DNA of 63,999 nt, filler included, from an uncultured bacterium (GTDB lineage: Bacteria > DAOPZR01), in NCBI GenBank assembly GCA_964637655.1. It is 17 parts of 17 records of this genome, joined end to end, with 100 filler letters (N's around TTAATTAATTAA, not from the genome) between each part and the next. Parts side by side here need not be neighbours in the genome. Positions count along the whole stretch, not along the records: positions 1 to 3,878 come from CAZWUZ010000327.1; positions 3,979 to 7,815 come from CAZWUZ010000328.1; positions 7,916 to 11,706 come from CAZWUZ010000329.1; 14 more parts are not named here. One strand, written 5' to 3'. Shown here in pieces: positions 1 to 9,929 of this stretch. The notes below the pieces were generated by a model. That model worked only from the letters and a program-made list of their open reading frames with translations. It searched no databases and was not told the origin of the DNA. Each line of letters begins with the position of its first letter. Within the stretch, counting starts at the first letter, position 1. The translations under genes and the position numbers were made by a program.

Positions 1-485
1 AGATCCTGATCGGCCTGGCCATGTTTCTGACTTTCTTCATCATGGCGCCGACCTTCGGGGCGATCAACCGCGAGGGGATGCAGCCCTACCTGCAGCAGCA
101 GATCGACCAGCCGACCGCGCTGGCGGTGGCGGTGAAGCACACCCGCGCCTTCATGTTCCGGCACACGTTCGAGAAGGACATCGCGCTCTTCGTGCAGATC
201 GGCAAGCTGCCGCGCCCCGCGACGCGCGAGCAGGTGCCCACCTACGTGCTTATTCCCGCGTTTATGATCAGCGAACTGAAAACGGCGTTCACCATGGGGG
301 TGCTGCTCTTCATCCCGTTCATGGTCATCGACATGGTGGTCGCTTCCGTGCTCATGTCGATGGGCATGATGATGCTGCCGCCGGTGATGATCTCGCTCCC
401 CTGCAAGATCCTGCTCTTTGTCATGATCGACGGGTGGAACCTGCTGGTCGGGCAGATTGTCGCCAGCTACCACCCGGGGGCGTAG
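1..485 (+). CDS. fliP: Flagellar export protein FliP (5' partial)
   Basis: Motifs LIPAFMISELKTAF and MGMMMLPPVMISLPCK..FVMIDGW; lies upstream of fliQ. Confidence 0.95.
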   Translation, partial: ILIGLAMFLTFFIMAPTFGAINREGMQPYLQQQIDQPTALAVAVKHTRAFMFRHTFEKDIALFVQIGKLPRPATREQVPTYVLIPAFMISELKTAFTMGVLLFIPFMVIDMVVASVLMSMGMMMLPPVMISLPCKILLFVMIDGWNLLVGQIVASYHPGA

Positions 486-488
486 GGC

Positions 489-758
489 ATGGACCAGTCC
501 ACCGCCACGCAGATCGTGCAGCAGGCGCTGCTTGTCGCCGTGCTCATCTCGCTGCCGATGATCGGGCTGTCACTTATCGTCGGGCTGTTCATCGCCATTT
601 TCCAGGCGACCACCTCGATCCAGGAGCAGACGCTGACCTTCGTGCCGAAGATCATCGCCACGCTGCTGGCCGCGGCGTTTTTCGGCAACTGGATGCTGTC
701 GTACACGATGGACTATACCATCCGCCTGTGGGGCATGTTCCCCACGCTGGGCCCGTGA
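489..758 (+). CDS. fliQ: Flagellar export protein FliQ
   Basis: 89 aa; FQATTSIQEQTLTFVPK motif. Confidence 0.95.
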   Translation: MDQSTATQIVQQALLVAVLISLPMIGLSLIVGLFIAIFQATTSIQEQTLTFVPKIIATLLAAAFFGNWMLSYTMDYTIRLWGMFPTLGP

Positions 759-768
759 GGCGCGCCGC

Positions 769-1563
769 ATGACCACGGTGATGACGCTCGAGCGGCTGGT
801 CGACCACGTGCAGCTCTTTTTCCTCGTGCTGCTGCGCGTCGGCGCGCTCTTTGTCGAGATGCCGTTCCTCGGCAGCAACCTCATCCCGGTGCGCGTGCGC
901 ACCGGCCTGGCCGCCTGCATCGCGCTGGCGGTCTTTCCCCCCGTGCAGGCGGCGGGCTACGCCTACGCCGGGGGTGACGCCTGGGCGCTGGCCTGGGCGG
1001 CGCTCAACGAGGTGGCCATCGGCCTGGCGCTCGGCTTTCTCGCCAACCTCTACCTCATGGCCTTCCAGCTGGCGGGGCAGTTCGCCGCCAACCAGATGGG
1101 GCTCAGTTTCATCGAGGTGATCGACCCGATGGCGGAGATCTCGGTGCCCATCATCGGGCAGCTGCAGGGGCTGTTCGCCACGCTGATCTTCATCGCCATC
1201 GACGGGCACCGCTTCCTGCTCGACGCCGTCGTGCGCAGCTTTGCCGTCTGTCCCGCCCTGTCGCTCGGCACCGCCGGGGGGATGCTGACGCAGGTGGCGG
1301 CCGCGCTCGGGATGCTCTTCGAACTGTCGTTTATCATCGCCGCGCCCGTGGTCGGCACGGTGTTTGTCGTCGACATCGCGCTCTGCCTGCTCGGACGCGC
1401 GGCGCCGCAGCTCAACGTCATGATGCTCGGCTTTTCGGTCAAGATTGTTTTCGGCATGCTCGTGCTGATCACCATCGTGCCGCCGCTCGGGCTGGCGACG
1501 GAAAAGGTCTTCGCGCTGCTGTTCCGCGATGCCGGGCGCTTCCTCACGGTGGCGGGCGGATGA
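769..1563 (+). CDS. fliR: Flagellar export protein FliR
   Basis: Hydrophobic 264 aa; AGQFAANQMGLSF, IDGHRFLL, RAAPQLNV; synteny. Confidence 0.93.
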   Translation: MTTVMTLERLVDHVQLFFLVLLRVGALFVEMPFLGSNLIPVRVRTGLAACIALAVFPPVQAAGYAYAGGDAWALAWAALNEVAIGLALGFLANLYLMAFQLAGQFAANQMGLSFIEVIDPMAEISVPIIGQLQGLFATLIFIAIDGHRFLLDAVVRSFAVCPALSLGTAGGMLTQVAAALGMLFELSFIIAAPVVGTVFVVDIALCLLGRAAPQLNVMMLGFSVKIVFGMLVLITIVPPLGLATEKVFALLFRDAGRFLTVAGG

Positions 1564-2741
1564 GCGTGCTGCTGCCGGTCCGCCCCTGGCCGCCGTCGCC
1601 CGCCGCCGCGGCGCTGGCCGCGCGCCTGCAGGCGACGTTCGACCTGCAGCGGTTCGCCGCCGAGGACGAGGGGCGCACCGAGGACCCGACCGCGCGCAAG
1701 TACCAGAAGGCGCGCGAGCGCGGGCAGGTGGCCAAGTCGCAGGAACTGCCGCTGGCCGCCGGCATCCTCGCGGGCTTCATCGGGCTGTACTTCTACCTGC
1801 CGTGGGTCTGGATGGAGCTGGCGGGGCTGATGCGCTGGTGCCTCTCCCCGGCCGTGCTGCATGCGCTCGACCCGGGCAGCGAGCCGCTGCTGCTGCTGCA
1901 GGTGCTCTGGCAGTTTCTGCGCCTGTCGGCCCCCGCCTTCGCCATTGCGGTGCTGACCGGTATCGCGGTCAACCTCGCGCAGGTCGGGTTTCTGTTCACC
2001 CTCGAGCCGCTGCGCCCGCGGCCCGAGAACCTGCTGCCGAGCCCGAAAAAACTCATGCAGCGCATGATCTTCTCGAAACAGGTGGCGATGAATCTGCTCA
2101 AATCGCTGTTCAAACTGGTGGTCATCACCTGGCTGGCCTACGCCGAGATCAGCGGGTCGCTCGCGCCGATGCTCGACACCATCAACAGCGGGGTGATGAG
2201 CGGCACGCTGCTGTTTCTCGACGCGATCATGCGCTTCGCGCTCAAGACGGGCGTCTTCCTGCTGCTGCTCGCGTTCTTCGACCTGTGGTTCCAGAAGCGC
2301 GAGCACAAGGAACAGTTGAAGATGACGAAGCAGGAGACCAAGGACGAGATGCGCTCGCAGGACGGGGACCCGCAGATCAAGCAGCACATCCGCAAGCGGG
2401 CGCGGGAGATCGCCATGACCAAGCGGATGTTCGAGGCGCTGCCGACCGCGGACGTGGTCATCACCAACCCGACGCACTATGCGGTGGCGCTCGCCTACCT
2501 CAAGCTTGACCCGCAGCCGTCGGCCCCGACGGTGGTGGCCAAGGGGCATGACGCGCTGGCGTTGCGTTTGCGCGAAGTGGCACAGTCAGCCGGGGTCCCG
2601 GTCTGTGAAAACCCGCCGCTGGCGCGGGCGCTGTACGCCGAGGTCGACCTCGGCGCCACCATTCCCGAACAGCATTTCGGGGCGGTGGTGGATATCCTGA
2701 GAACACTGCAGGCGGCGGCGCCACGCGCGGCGGCCGGCTGA
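1560..2741 (+). CDS. flhB: Flagellar export protein FlhB
   Basis: RTEDPT..K..KARERGQVAKS, KMTKQETKDE..DGDP and the NPTH autocleavage site; true start may be slightly downstream. Confidence 0.95.
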   Translation: MSVLLPVRPWPPSPAAAALAARLQATFDLQRFAAEDEGRTEDPTARKYQKARERGQVAKSQELPLAAGILAGFIGLYFYLPWVWMELAGLMRWCLSPAVLHALDPGSEPLLLLQVLWQFLRLSAPAFAIAVLTGIAVNLAQVGFLFTLEPLRPRPENLLPSPKKLMQRMIFSKQVAMNLLKSLFKLVVITWLAYAEISGSLAPMLDTINSGVMSGTLLFLDAIMRFALKTGVFLLLLAFFDLWFQKREHKEQLKMTKQETKDEMRSQDGDPQIKQHIRKRAREIAMTKRMFEALPTADVVITNPTHYAVALAYLKLDPQPSAPTVVAKGHDALALRLREVAQSAGVPVCENPPLARALYAEVDLGATIPEQHFGAVVDILRTLQAAAPRAAAG

Positions 2742-2759
2742 CGGAAGGGGAACTGAACG

Positions 2760-3878
2760 ATGACGAACGAGAGCGACGCGGCGGCACCGGGCCTGCTGGG
2801 CGGCCTGCTGCGCAACAGCGATCTGCTGCTGGCGCTGGGCATCATCCTCGTGCTGGCGATGATGGTGCTCCCGGTCTGGACCTGGACGCTGAACCTGGGG
2901 ATCGCGGCGAGCGTCACCGTCGCCCTGCTCATCCTGCTCACCGTGGTCTACAGCCCGCGGGCGGTCGACTTCGCCGTCTTCCCCTCGGTGCTGCTCATGA
3001 CCACCGCGCTGCGCCTGGCGCTCAACGTCGCCTCGACGCGCAAGATCCTGCTCGAGGGGAAGAGCGGGGTCGAGGGGATCATCACCGCCTTCGGGGATTT
3101 CGTCGTCGGCGGCAACTACGTCGTCGGCATCATCATCTTCCTCGTGCTGGTCATTATCCAGATCATGGTCATCACCAAGGGGGCGACCCGCATCGCCGAG
3201 GTGGCGGCCCGCTTCACCCTCGACGCCATGCCGCTCAAGCAGATGGCCATCGACGGCGAGGTGCAGCGCGGGGACATCACGCAGGAGGAGGCGGCGCAGA
3301 AGCGGCTCGACATCCAGCGCGAGTCGAACTTCTACGGGGCGATGGACGGCGCCGCCAAGTTCGTGCAGGGTGATGTCTACGCCGGGCTGATCATTGCCGG
3401 CGTCAATATCGCCGGCGGGCTGATCATCGGCATGTGGATGCGCGGCGAGGGGCTGGTCGAGGCGCTGCAGACCTACACGCTGCTGACCATCGGTGACGGG
3501 CTGGCGGCGCAGATCCCGTCGCTGCTCATCGCCGTGGCGGCCGGCCTCATCGTCACCCGTTCGACCAGCGACGAGAACCTCTCGCGCGACCTGACCAGGG
3601 AGATGCTGCGCCAGCCCAAGGCGCTCTATATCGCGGGGAGCGTGCTGTTCGTGCTCGGCATCGTGCCGGGGATGCCGCTGCTGCCGCTCTGGGCGCTGGC
3701 CGGATTCCTCGGCGCGCTCGCCCGCTCGATCAACCTGCGCACGGCGGACGCGGCGGCGGCGGCGGCGCGCGCGGCGGCGGCGCCCGAACCGGCGGCCAAA
3801 CCGCCGGAGAAACCGCTGGCGCTGCTGCAGGTCGACCCGCTCGAAATCGTGATCGGCTACGGGCAGAAGGCCCTGGTC
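2760..3878 (+). CDS. flhA: Flagellar export protein FlhA, N-terminal part (cut by contig end)
   Basis: RLALNVASTR, ITKGATRIAEVAARFTLDAMP.KQMAID, FYGAMDGAAKFV. Confidence 0.95.
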
Positions 3879-3978
3879 NNNNNNNNNNNNNNNNNNNNNN
3901 NNNNNNNNNNNNNNNNNNNNNNTTAATTAATTAANNNNNNNNNNNNNNNNNNNNNNNNNNNNNNNNNNNNNNNNNNNN
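3879..3978. other. Artificial contig linker N44-TTAATTAATTAA-N44. It also occurs at 7816-7915, 11707-11806, 15557-15656, 19404-19503, 23248-23347, 27066-27165, 30869-30968, 34660-34759, 38431-38530, 42191-42290, 45935-46034, 49632-49731, 53284-53383, 56924-57023 and 60503-60602
   Basis: Identical 100-nt spacer with stops in all frames; the complete contigs shrink monotonically from 3837 to 3479 nt. Confidence 0.98.
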
Positions 3979-4217
3979 CGCGTCCGTCAGATCGGCGAAC
4001 TCGGGGGACGCCCTACGCATTTCGGTGGGCTTGGCGGCTTTTGAACTCCGCAAGACCGATCGGAAGAGGCAGGTGGGCTACGTTCCTACGGGCTCGAGCG
4101 TCTGGACTCGCGGCGGCTTCTGCTCGGCTCTCCAGAAGCCTTGGGATTGATGGTTTTCGATTGATGATGGATGATTCGGAGGCGGAAGGCCGCGTCGCGG
4201 CCGGGCAGCGCCGAAAT

Positions 4218-4324
4218 CCCAGCCGAGGGCGGCTGGGCCACATAATCAACTTCGCACAGGCGAGGGCGCCTGTGCCACATGGGCCACATAATCAACTTCG
4301 CACAGGCGGGGGCGCCTGTGCCAC
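4218..4324 (-). repeat. Tandem cluster of three REP-like hairpins (GTGG + palindrome)
   Basis: Minus strand reads GTGGCCCAGCCGCCCTCGGCTGGG once and GTGGCACAGGCGCCC(T/C)CGCCTGTGC twice; the spacer ataatcaacttc is repeated. Confidence 0.8.
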
Positions 4325-4342
4325 ATAGGCCACATAACAACA

Positions 4343-5194
4343 TCACACCCCGCGGGGGCCGTCGGGCTGCAGGTCGCTGCCGGTCACCTGCCTGACCGCC
4401 TGCGCGAAGGCCGCGTCGTCGTCCTGCACCACCCCATCGGCACGCAGCCGCGCGGCGAAGCGGGCGATATTCAGCCCGTCGCGCATCGACAGTTCCTGCT
4501 CGCGCCGGTGCGCGCGCTGCAGCAAATCCACCACCCTGCCGATGAGTTCATCGCCCGGGCCGGGCAACTGCCCGCGGATGATGCGGAATTCCTCCTCGCG
4601 CGAGGGATAGTCCATGCTGATGCCCGGCTGCAGCCGCGAGATGATGTATTCCGGCACCTCGAAGGTCGAGGCGTCCTCGTTCATGGTGACACAGACGCGA
4701 AAGGCGGGGTCGGCCGTGATCTCCACGCCCGCCACCAGCGAGAACACGCTGCGCCGCATATCGAGCAGCGGCGCCACCGACGCCCAGCTCTTCTCGCTCA
4801 TGCGGTTGCCCTCGTCGAGCAGGCAGATGCCGCCACGCAACATGGCCGACACCAGCGGCGAGGCGACATAGCGGATTTTCCCGCTGTCAGCGATGACCGG
4901 CGAGATGATGAGGTCCTCGGGTTTGGTGTCCACGGTGCACTGGAATATGTAGAGGGCCTGCTGGCGCGCATGCGCGGCGGCGATGGCGAGCGAGGTCTTG
5001 CCCACGCCCGGCCGACCGAGGATGCGCGGCTGCATCGGCGGGTCGTCCCCATCCTCGCGCCACGCGGCCAGTAATTGTTCCAGCGGCTCGCGCATCCCCA
5101 CCCACTCCACCTTCAACTGCGGCGGATCAACGAGGTGGATTTCAACTCCCCTGATGCTGACGGTTTCGCCTATGGTCTTCCCGGTCCGGCTCAT
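4343..5194 (-). CDS. MoxR/CbbQ-NorQ-like AAA+ ATPase
   Basis: Walker A GRPGVGKT, Walker B CLLDEGNR, sensor motif TMN. Confidence 0.85.
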   Translation of the reverse strand: MSRTGKTIGETVSIRGVEIHLVDPPQLKVEWVGMREPLEQLLAAWREDGDDPPMQPRILGRPGVGKTSLAIAAAHARQQALYIFQCTVDTKPEDLIISPVIADSGKIRYVASPLVSAMLRGGICLLDEGNRMSEKSWASVAPLLDMRRSVFSLVAGVEITADPAFRVCVTMNEDASTFEVPEYIISRLQPGISMDYPSREEEFRIIRGQLPGPGDELIGRVVDLLQRAHRREQELSMRDGLNIARFAARLRADGVVQDDDAAFAQAVRQVTGSDLQPDGPRGV

Positions 5195-5283
5195 AACGCC
5201 CCCTTACCCGACGATGCGAGTATGGCATACCACCTGCCGCGGCAGCAAGCCGTTGACGCTACCGTCGCACATCAGGCGATCTG

Positions 5284-6489
5284 TCAGGTAGCGCCTTCGA
5301 GGAACCCCGCCATGAACAGCGGACGGTGCAGGCCGGTATTCAGCGCTGCGTGACTGAGAATCAGTTTTTTGCTGCTGCGCATGCCCTTGAACTGCTCGCG
5401 TCCTTTGCCCTTACCGCCGATTTCAATGACCATATCCTCGTCGGCATGGCGGATCAGGTAATCAGGGGTCTTCCCGCCGCGCGTGGTTTTGAGGTAGGTG
5501 ATGGTCAGTCCGGCCAGGCGTGCGGTCTCGACAAAAAAATCCTCGCGCAGTTCACCGAGCACCCCGGCATACTCACGGAAGAGCAACCGGAACGGCAGGC
5601 ACATAAGGACCTTGGGCTCCTTGAGCACGTTAGTCCCCGACGGGAAAATCATGTTGATGACATAGGCCTGATGCAGGAGTGAGAGGTATTGCTCGGCCTT
5701 GTATTTCGTGATGCCGGTGTTTTTCGCCAGTGAAGTGAAATTTATGCCATCCACCGGCGAGCGGCCGATAAACTCGAGGCACTTCCTGATGAGCCCCGTT
5801 TCTTCCGTATACAGGCGGGCCACGGCCGGGATATCATGTTCGATGATTTTGGCGAGGATGTTCCCGCAGAGCGTGAGGGGTTCCGGTTCTTCGAGCGCAA
5901 ACGGCATGAGTCCGCCCTGGAGATACTCCGCGAAACGGTGTTCAGTGCGCAGATGTTCCGGACTGAACCGGCCGGCGATTATGTCGTCAAGCGTCAGCGC
6001 CGCCGGGGCGATGCCGTCGCGGAACAACAGATATTCGCGGAAGGAAAACGGCGGGAGTTGCAGCAGTTTGACCCGCCGGGAGAGGTCGGTAGCGGTCGCC
6101 GTCAATGACAGCGCCATCGAACTGGTGAAGACCACCGCAAGGTCAAGAAAGTCGTAGATTTTTTTCAGTGTCGCAGCATAGTCCGGAGCGTGATGGATTT
6201 CATCAATCAGCAGCGTGCGGATGCCATAGCGCGTGACCAGCGACTCGGCCACAGCGAACAGCTCCACCTCGCGCATGGTGTCCAGCGAGAGGTAGAAGGA
6301 ATGCTCTGTCGTCAGCGCGAGTTGGCGCAGGATGGTTGACTTCCCCACGCCACGCGGACCGATTATGCCGCAAAAATGGCGGCCTTTTTCCGACTGGAGC
6401 CGGTTGAACAATTCCCGTTTCCGCCAGGCCTTGCGCTTTGTTTCCGTTCGCGCCATCTCGTCCAGGCGGAATAATTCATGCAGTACCAT
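5284..6489 (-). CDS. AAA_14 / DUF4143 family ATP-binding protein
   Basis: GPRGVGKS, LLIDEIH, FTSS, LPPFSFREYL; C-terminal PD-(D/E)xK-like PDYLI..IEIG; RBS AGGAGG. Confidence 0.85.
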   Translation of the reverse strand: MVLHELFRLDEMARTETKRKAWRKRELFNRLQSEKGRHFCGIIGPRGVGKSTILRQLALTTEHSFYLSLDTMREVELFAVAESLVTRYGIRTLLIDEIHHAPDYAATLKKIYDFLDLAVVFTSSMALSLTATATDLSRRVKLLQLPPFSFREYLLFRDGIAPAALTLDDIIAGRFSPEHLRTEHRFAEYLQGGLMPFALEEPEPLTLCGNILAKIIEHDIPAVARLYTEETGLIRKCLEFIGRSPVDGINFTSLAKNTGITKYKAEQYLSLLHQAYVINMIFPSGTNVLKEPKVLMCLPFRLLFREYAGVLGELREDFFVETARLAGLTITYLKTTRGGKTPDYLIRHADEDMVIEIGGKGKGREQFKGMRSSKKLILSHAALNTGLHRPLFMAGFLEGAT

Positions 6490-6690
6490 ATCGTTCCTCC
6501 TGTAAAACTATTATACAAGATGATATGCATATTGTCAAATGATTTATCAATATGCAGTTTAGTTTGCTGAGGTTTTTCATGGGCAACATCCAGCATAACA
6601 ACATGTTACGGCTGCGTTAGGATGCTATGTATACTTTTACAACCAGGGGTAAAAGCTGGTGGCCGGGCGTGCTGTCCACACAGCGCGCCG

Positions 6691-7662
6691 TTATCTGCCG
6701 CTTTTCTTCAGGCAGAATTCCTTCTCGTTGCAGTTGAGGTCGCAGGTCAGGCCGTGATGCTCGTACATCGCGCAGAGGCGATGCTTGTAGATGTTCACCG
6801 GCGCGAGACGCTGCACCTGCCCGGCAAACTCGTGCAGAAAGCCGCTGTCGAGATGCGCTTCCGTGTCGCGATAGTCGCCCTGCGGCACGGGGTGGCCGGC
6901 CGCCTGCAGATTCTGCACGATGGCAGGCGCCAGTTTCAACCCGCCGACCACCAGTTCCTGCGCTCCGTCGGTCACCTCACGCAGCAGCGGCTGCGCGGCC
7001 TGCGCGTCGTACCATTCCGGCACCAGCGGCTTGCAGAGCGGCACCGCGTGGATGCCCGCGTCGCGGCAGATGCGCAGGAAGGCGACCGCGGCCGGCAGGT
7101 CGCCGTCGAGCCGCGGATTGAGCGACCCGACACTGACAAAGACGGTCAGGCGGCAGTCCCGCGCGAGGTCGCGCAGCCAGGCGGGCACATAGGACGCGCG
7201 CCGGGTGGGGCGCACGGTAAGCATGACCAGATGCTGACTGGCCTCGCGCTGCACGAAGCGCAGCAGGCGGCGCAGGCGGGCATGCCCGCGCGCGTCCTCG
7301 GCCAGCAGCAGGGCGTCGGTGGTGTCGAACAGCGAGAGGACCAGCGGCTTGCGCTGGATGAGGACGAGGCGCACGTTGCCCAGCGAAAGTGCGGGCACCG
7401 CAGGCACACTGCGCGCATCCGTACCGGTGGGCAGGGCCTGATACCAGGTATCCTTCTCCTGCACGCAGTAGGCGCAGCCGCGCGTGCAGCCGGCCGGCAG
7501 GTTGACTGACAGCCGCCGTTTCTTGGCGTCATGCATGAGCGGCGCGAACCGCGGCGGCGCCTCGCGGTACTCGAGGTAGACACCCTGCTGCTCGAGTCGC
7601 GCCATCTGCTCGGGCATGGTCAGCGGCGGCGGGCCGTCGTCACTGCAGAAACCCTTGCACAT
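6691..7662 (-). CDS. Radical SAM-like protein (possibly SPL-like)
   Basis: CxxxCxxC (GCTRGCAYC); Cys-rich C-terminus; GGAGGT RBS before ATG 7662. Confidence 0.6.
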   Translation of the reverse strand: MCKGFCSDDGPPPLTMPEQMARLEQQGVYLEYREAPPRFAPLMHDAKKRRLSVNLPAGCTRGCAYCVQEKDTWYQALPTGTDARSVPAVPALSLGNVRLVLIQRKPLVLSLFDTTDALLLAEDARGHARLRRLLRFVQREASQHLVMLTVRPTRRASYVPAWLRDLARDCRLTVFVSVGSLNPRLDGDLPAAVAFLRICRDAGIHAVPLCKPLVPEWYDAQAAQPLLREVTDGAQELVVGGLKLAPAIVQNLQAAGHPVPQGDYRDTEAHLDSGFLHEFAGQVQRLAPVNIYKHRLCAMYEHHGLTCDLNCNEKEFCLKKSGR

Positions 7663-7663
7663 G

Positions 7664-7815
7664 TCAGGCACCTCCCTCCGTGCGGAACAGGTGCACGGTT
7701 CCGTCCGCGCTGCCGACCGCATACCGTCCGTCGCCGCCGGCGGCGGCGCACCACGCTTCGCCCGGCAGGGCATAGGCCGCGTCGGGCAGCGTCGTCTCCG
7801 CCGTCGCGCGCCCGG
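7664..7815 (-). CDS. C-terminal fragment of a WD40-like protein
   Basis: Reads ...AWCAAAGGDGRYAVGSADGTVHLFRTEGGA*, resembling a WD40 repeat end. Confidence 0.45.
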
Positions 7816-7915
7816 NNNNNNNNNNNNNNNNNNNNNNNNNNNNNNNNNNNNNNNNNNNNTTAATTAATTAANNNNNNNNNNNNNNNNNNNNNNNNNNNNN
7901 NNNNNNNNNNNNNNN

Positions 7916-8450
7916 CAAGACCTTCCGCCGTCCCGGCACCTTCTACGGCGACGGGGTGGTCGCGCACGTTGCCTTCGCCCACCCGTTCTGCGACCGCCTG
8001 CGGCGGGCGGCAGTGGCGGCGGCGAAGGCGGAAAAGATTGCCGTGACGGCCGGGGGCACCTACGTCTGCATGGAGGGTCCGCAGTTCTCGACCCGCGCGG
8101 AGTCGAACCTGCACCGCGCCTGGGGCGCGTCACTCATCGGCATGACCTGCATGCCCGAGGCAAAACTGGCGCGCGAGGCGGAGATGTGCTACGCGGTCAT
8201 CGCCCTGGTGACGGATTTCGACTGCTGGAAAGAGGACGAGGAGCATGTTACCGCGGACGCGGTGGTGGCGACGATGACGCACAACGTGCAGGCGGCGAAG
8301 CGCATGCTGCCGCGCCTCATCGCCGCACTCGACAGTGCTGATTGCGCCTGCCGGCACGCGCTGGCCGGGGCGATTATGTCCGACCCGAAGAAGGTGCCGC
8401 CCCTGACGCGGAAAAAGCTGGCCCTGCTGGCGGGAACGTACCTGCAGTAG
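7916..8450 (+). CDS. mtnP: S-methyl-5'-thioadenosine phosphorylase (5' partial)
   Basis: GTYVCMEGPQFSTRAES, IGMT..PEAKLAREAE.CY, VTDFDCW. Confidence 0.92.
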
Positions 8451-8492
8451 CGACGACAACTTGCCGCGCACGGCGCGGACGGAGGAAACGCG

Positions 8493-9905
8493 ATGAAGAG
8501 GGGAATGATGGTACTGGTGGCGGCGCTGGCCGCGGGGCTGATGCTGCTGGGCGGCTGCAGTTGCGGCGGCGGTGACACGGAAACCAGCGGCACGGCAACG
8601 GGCGGCGGGGTGGCGCAGCTGCAGGGGAGTCCGAGTTTCACGGTGACGGCCTGCGATGCGGATGGCGACAACTACAACGTGACCGTCAACAACACACTGG
8701 TGGTCAGCGGCATTACCTGCGATAACGGCGCGGTGGAGATGCCCGCCTACAAGCCGCGCACGGGCAGCCCGAAGCCGTATCTCGAGGCGGCCGGCCCGGA
8801 CGGCGAAACGCTGCTCAGTGACATCGAGGCGGCAGTCACGGCGGTGGCGGGCGGCGGTTCCATCCCGGCTCCGGCGGGCGAGATTGCTCCGCTCGCATAC
8901 GGCGGCATTGAAATCACGGTCATCCAGCCGCGTGACAACAGCGGCAGCCGCTCCGGCAGCGGCAGCAGCCGGCAGTCGCGCGAGCGCAACGACCGGGCGC
9001 AGGCGCGTGACGCGGAAGGCGGCAGCAGCAGCACGCCGCGTGCGCCCACCATTCTCGCCACGCTGGTGCTCAATGACAACCTGAAAATCACCGGCATCCG
9101 CCTCATGGCTGACCGCAACGCGGACAAGACGTTCTTTGTGTCATGGCCGAGCCGGCAGGTCAACCGCAAGTATATCCCATCGGTGACCATCAGCGACGAC
9201 ACACTGCTGGTCAAAATCGAGGAGGAACTGCTCAAGGCCTACGCCCTGCAGGAGGGGCTGGAACCGGATGCGGTCAAACTGTCGCAGCGCGGCAGCAGCA
9301 GCAGCGGCAGCGGCGACGGCGCGGGGACGGAAGGCGGCCGCCCGGCCGGCGACGTGTTCATCAGTGCCATTGCCAAGGACGGCAATAACTATACCGCCAC
9401 GCTGTGGAACGAGATCGTTGTCAGCGGGATCAGCATCGGTGACGGGGTGAAGTTCCCCGGCAGCGAGAGCCGCCCGCGCGACGGTGGCGAGTCGCGCTTC
9501 TTCCCGCATGTCAAGGCGCCGTTCCGCACGGCGGCGACGGCAGTCGAACGCCTGCAGACGGCCATCGAGGCGTTCGCGGAGGACGGGACGTTCGACAAGG
9601 GCACGGCGGCTGACCTGGAAGTCACCAACGTCTACATCAATCGCAGTTTCGCCGATGTCACCTTCAACAATGCCGTGGCCATCGGCGGGTTCCATATCAG
9701 CGGGCGCGGGACGGAGGCGACGGTCTCGCTGCCGTCGGTGAAGCAGGGAAGCAATTTTGTGCCGGTCATCAGTTTCCGCACGGAGTCGGTCTGGCAGCAG
9801 GTGCAGGAACAGATTCTCGACAAGTACCGCGCCACGGCACAGCGCAGCGGCAGCGGTGCGCGGTCCGGCGGCAGCCGCAATAGTGACCGCAGCTACGACG
9901 AATAA
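8493..9905 (+). CDS. Lipoprotein with multiple SpoVG-like domains
   Basis: Signal peptide and lipobox LLGG-C; two clear SpoVG-like segments (ATLVLNDNLKITGIRL..FVSWPSR..IEEELLKAY; FADVTFNNAVAIGGFHI..VSLPS..VQEQILDKY) plus two degenerate ones. Confidence 0.7.
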   Translation: MKRGMMVLVAALAAGLMLLGGCSCGGGDTETSGTATGGGVAQLQGSPSFTVTACDADGDNYNVTVNNTLVVSGITCDNGAVEMPAYKPRTGSPKPYLEAAGPDGETLLSDIEAAVTAVAGGGSIPAPAGEIAPLAYGGIEITVIQPRDNSGSRSGSGSSRQSRERNDRAQARDAEGGSSSTPRAPTILATLVLNDNLKITGIRLMADRNADKTFFVSWPSRQVNRKYIPSVTISDDTLLVKIEEELLKAYALQEGLEPDAVKLSQRGSSSSGSGDGAGTEGGRPAGDVFISAIAKDGNNYTATLWNEIVVSGISIGDGVKFPGSESRPRDGGESRFFPHVKAPFRTAATAVERLQTAIEAFAEDGTFDKGTAADLEVTNVYINRSFADVTFNNAVAIGGFHISGRGTEATVSLPSVKQGSNFVPVISFRTESVWQQVQEQILDKYRATAQRSGSGARSGGSRNSDRSYDE

Positions 9906-9929
9906 AAAAACGCAGGGAAAGGGATACGC

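Noticed and set aside
1627-1680. LQRFA motif at the FlhB N-terminus
   Set aside because: An LQxFA leader is a known feature of FlhB in several phyla; not novel
1050-2549. Long antisense or alternate-frame ORFs (also 9141-10973, 23356-25533, 32094-33869, 51439-53127, 53332-55113)
   Set aside because: Shadow ORFs expected in GC-rich DNA opposite recognisable genes; no motifs of their own
3879-3978. Regularly recurring TTAATTAATTAA motif flanked by Ns
   Set aside because: Artificial contig linker with stops in all frames; not a biological repeat
4235-4340. Possible mini-CRISPR array
   Set aside because: The units are near-identical along their whole length with no unique spacers, and no cas genes are visible; it fits REP-like hairpins
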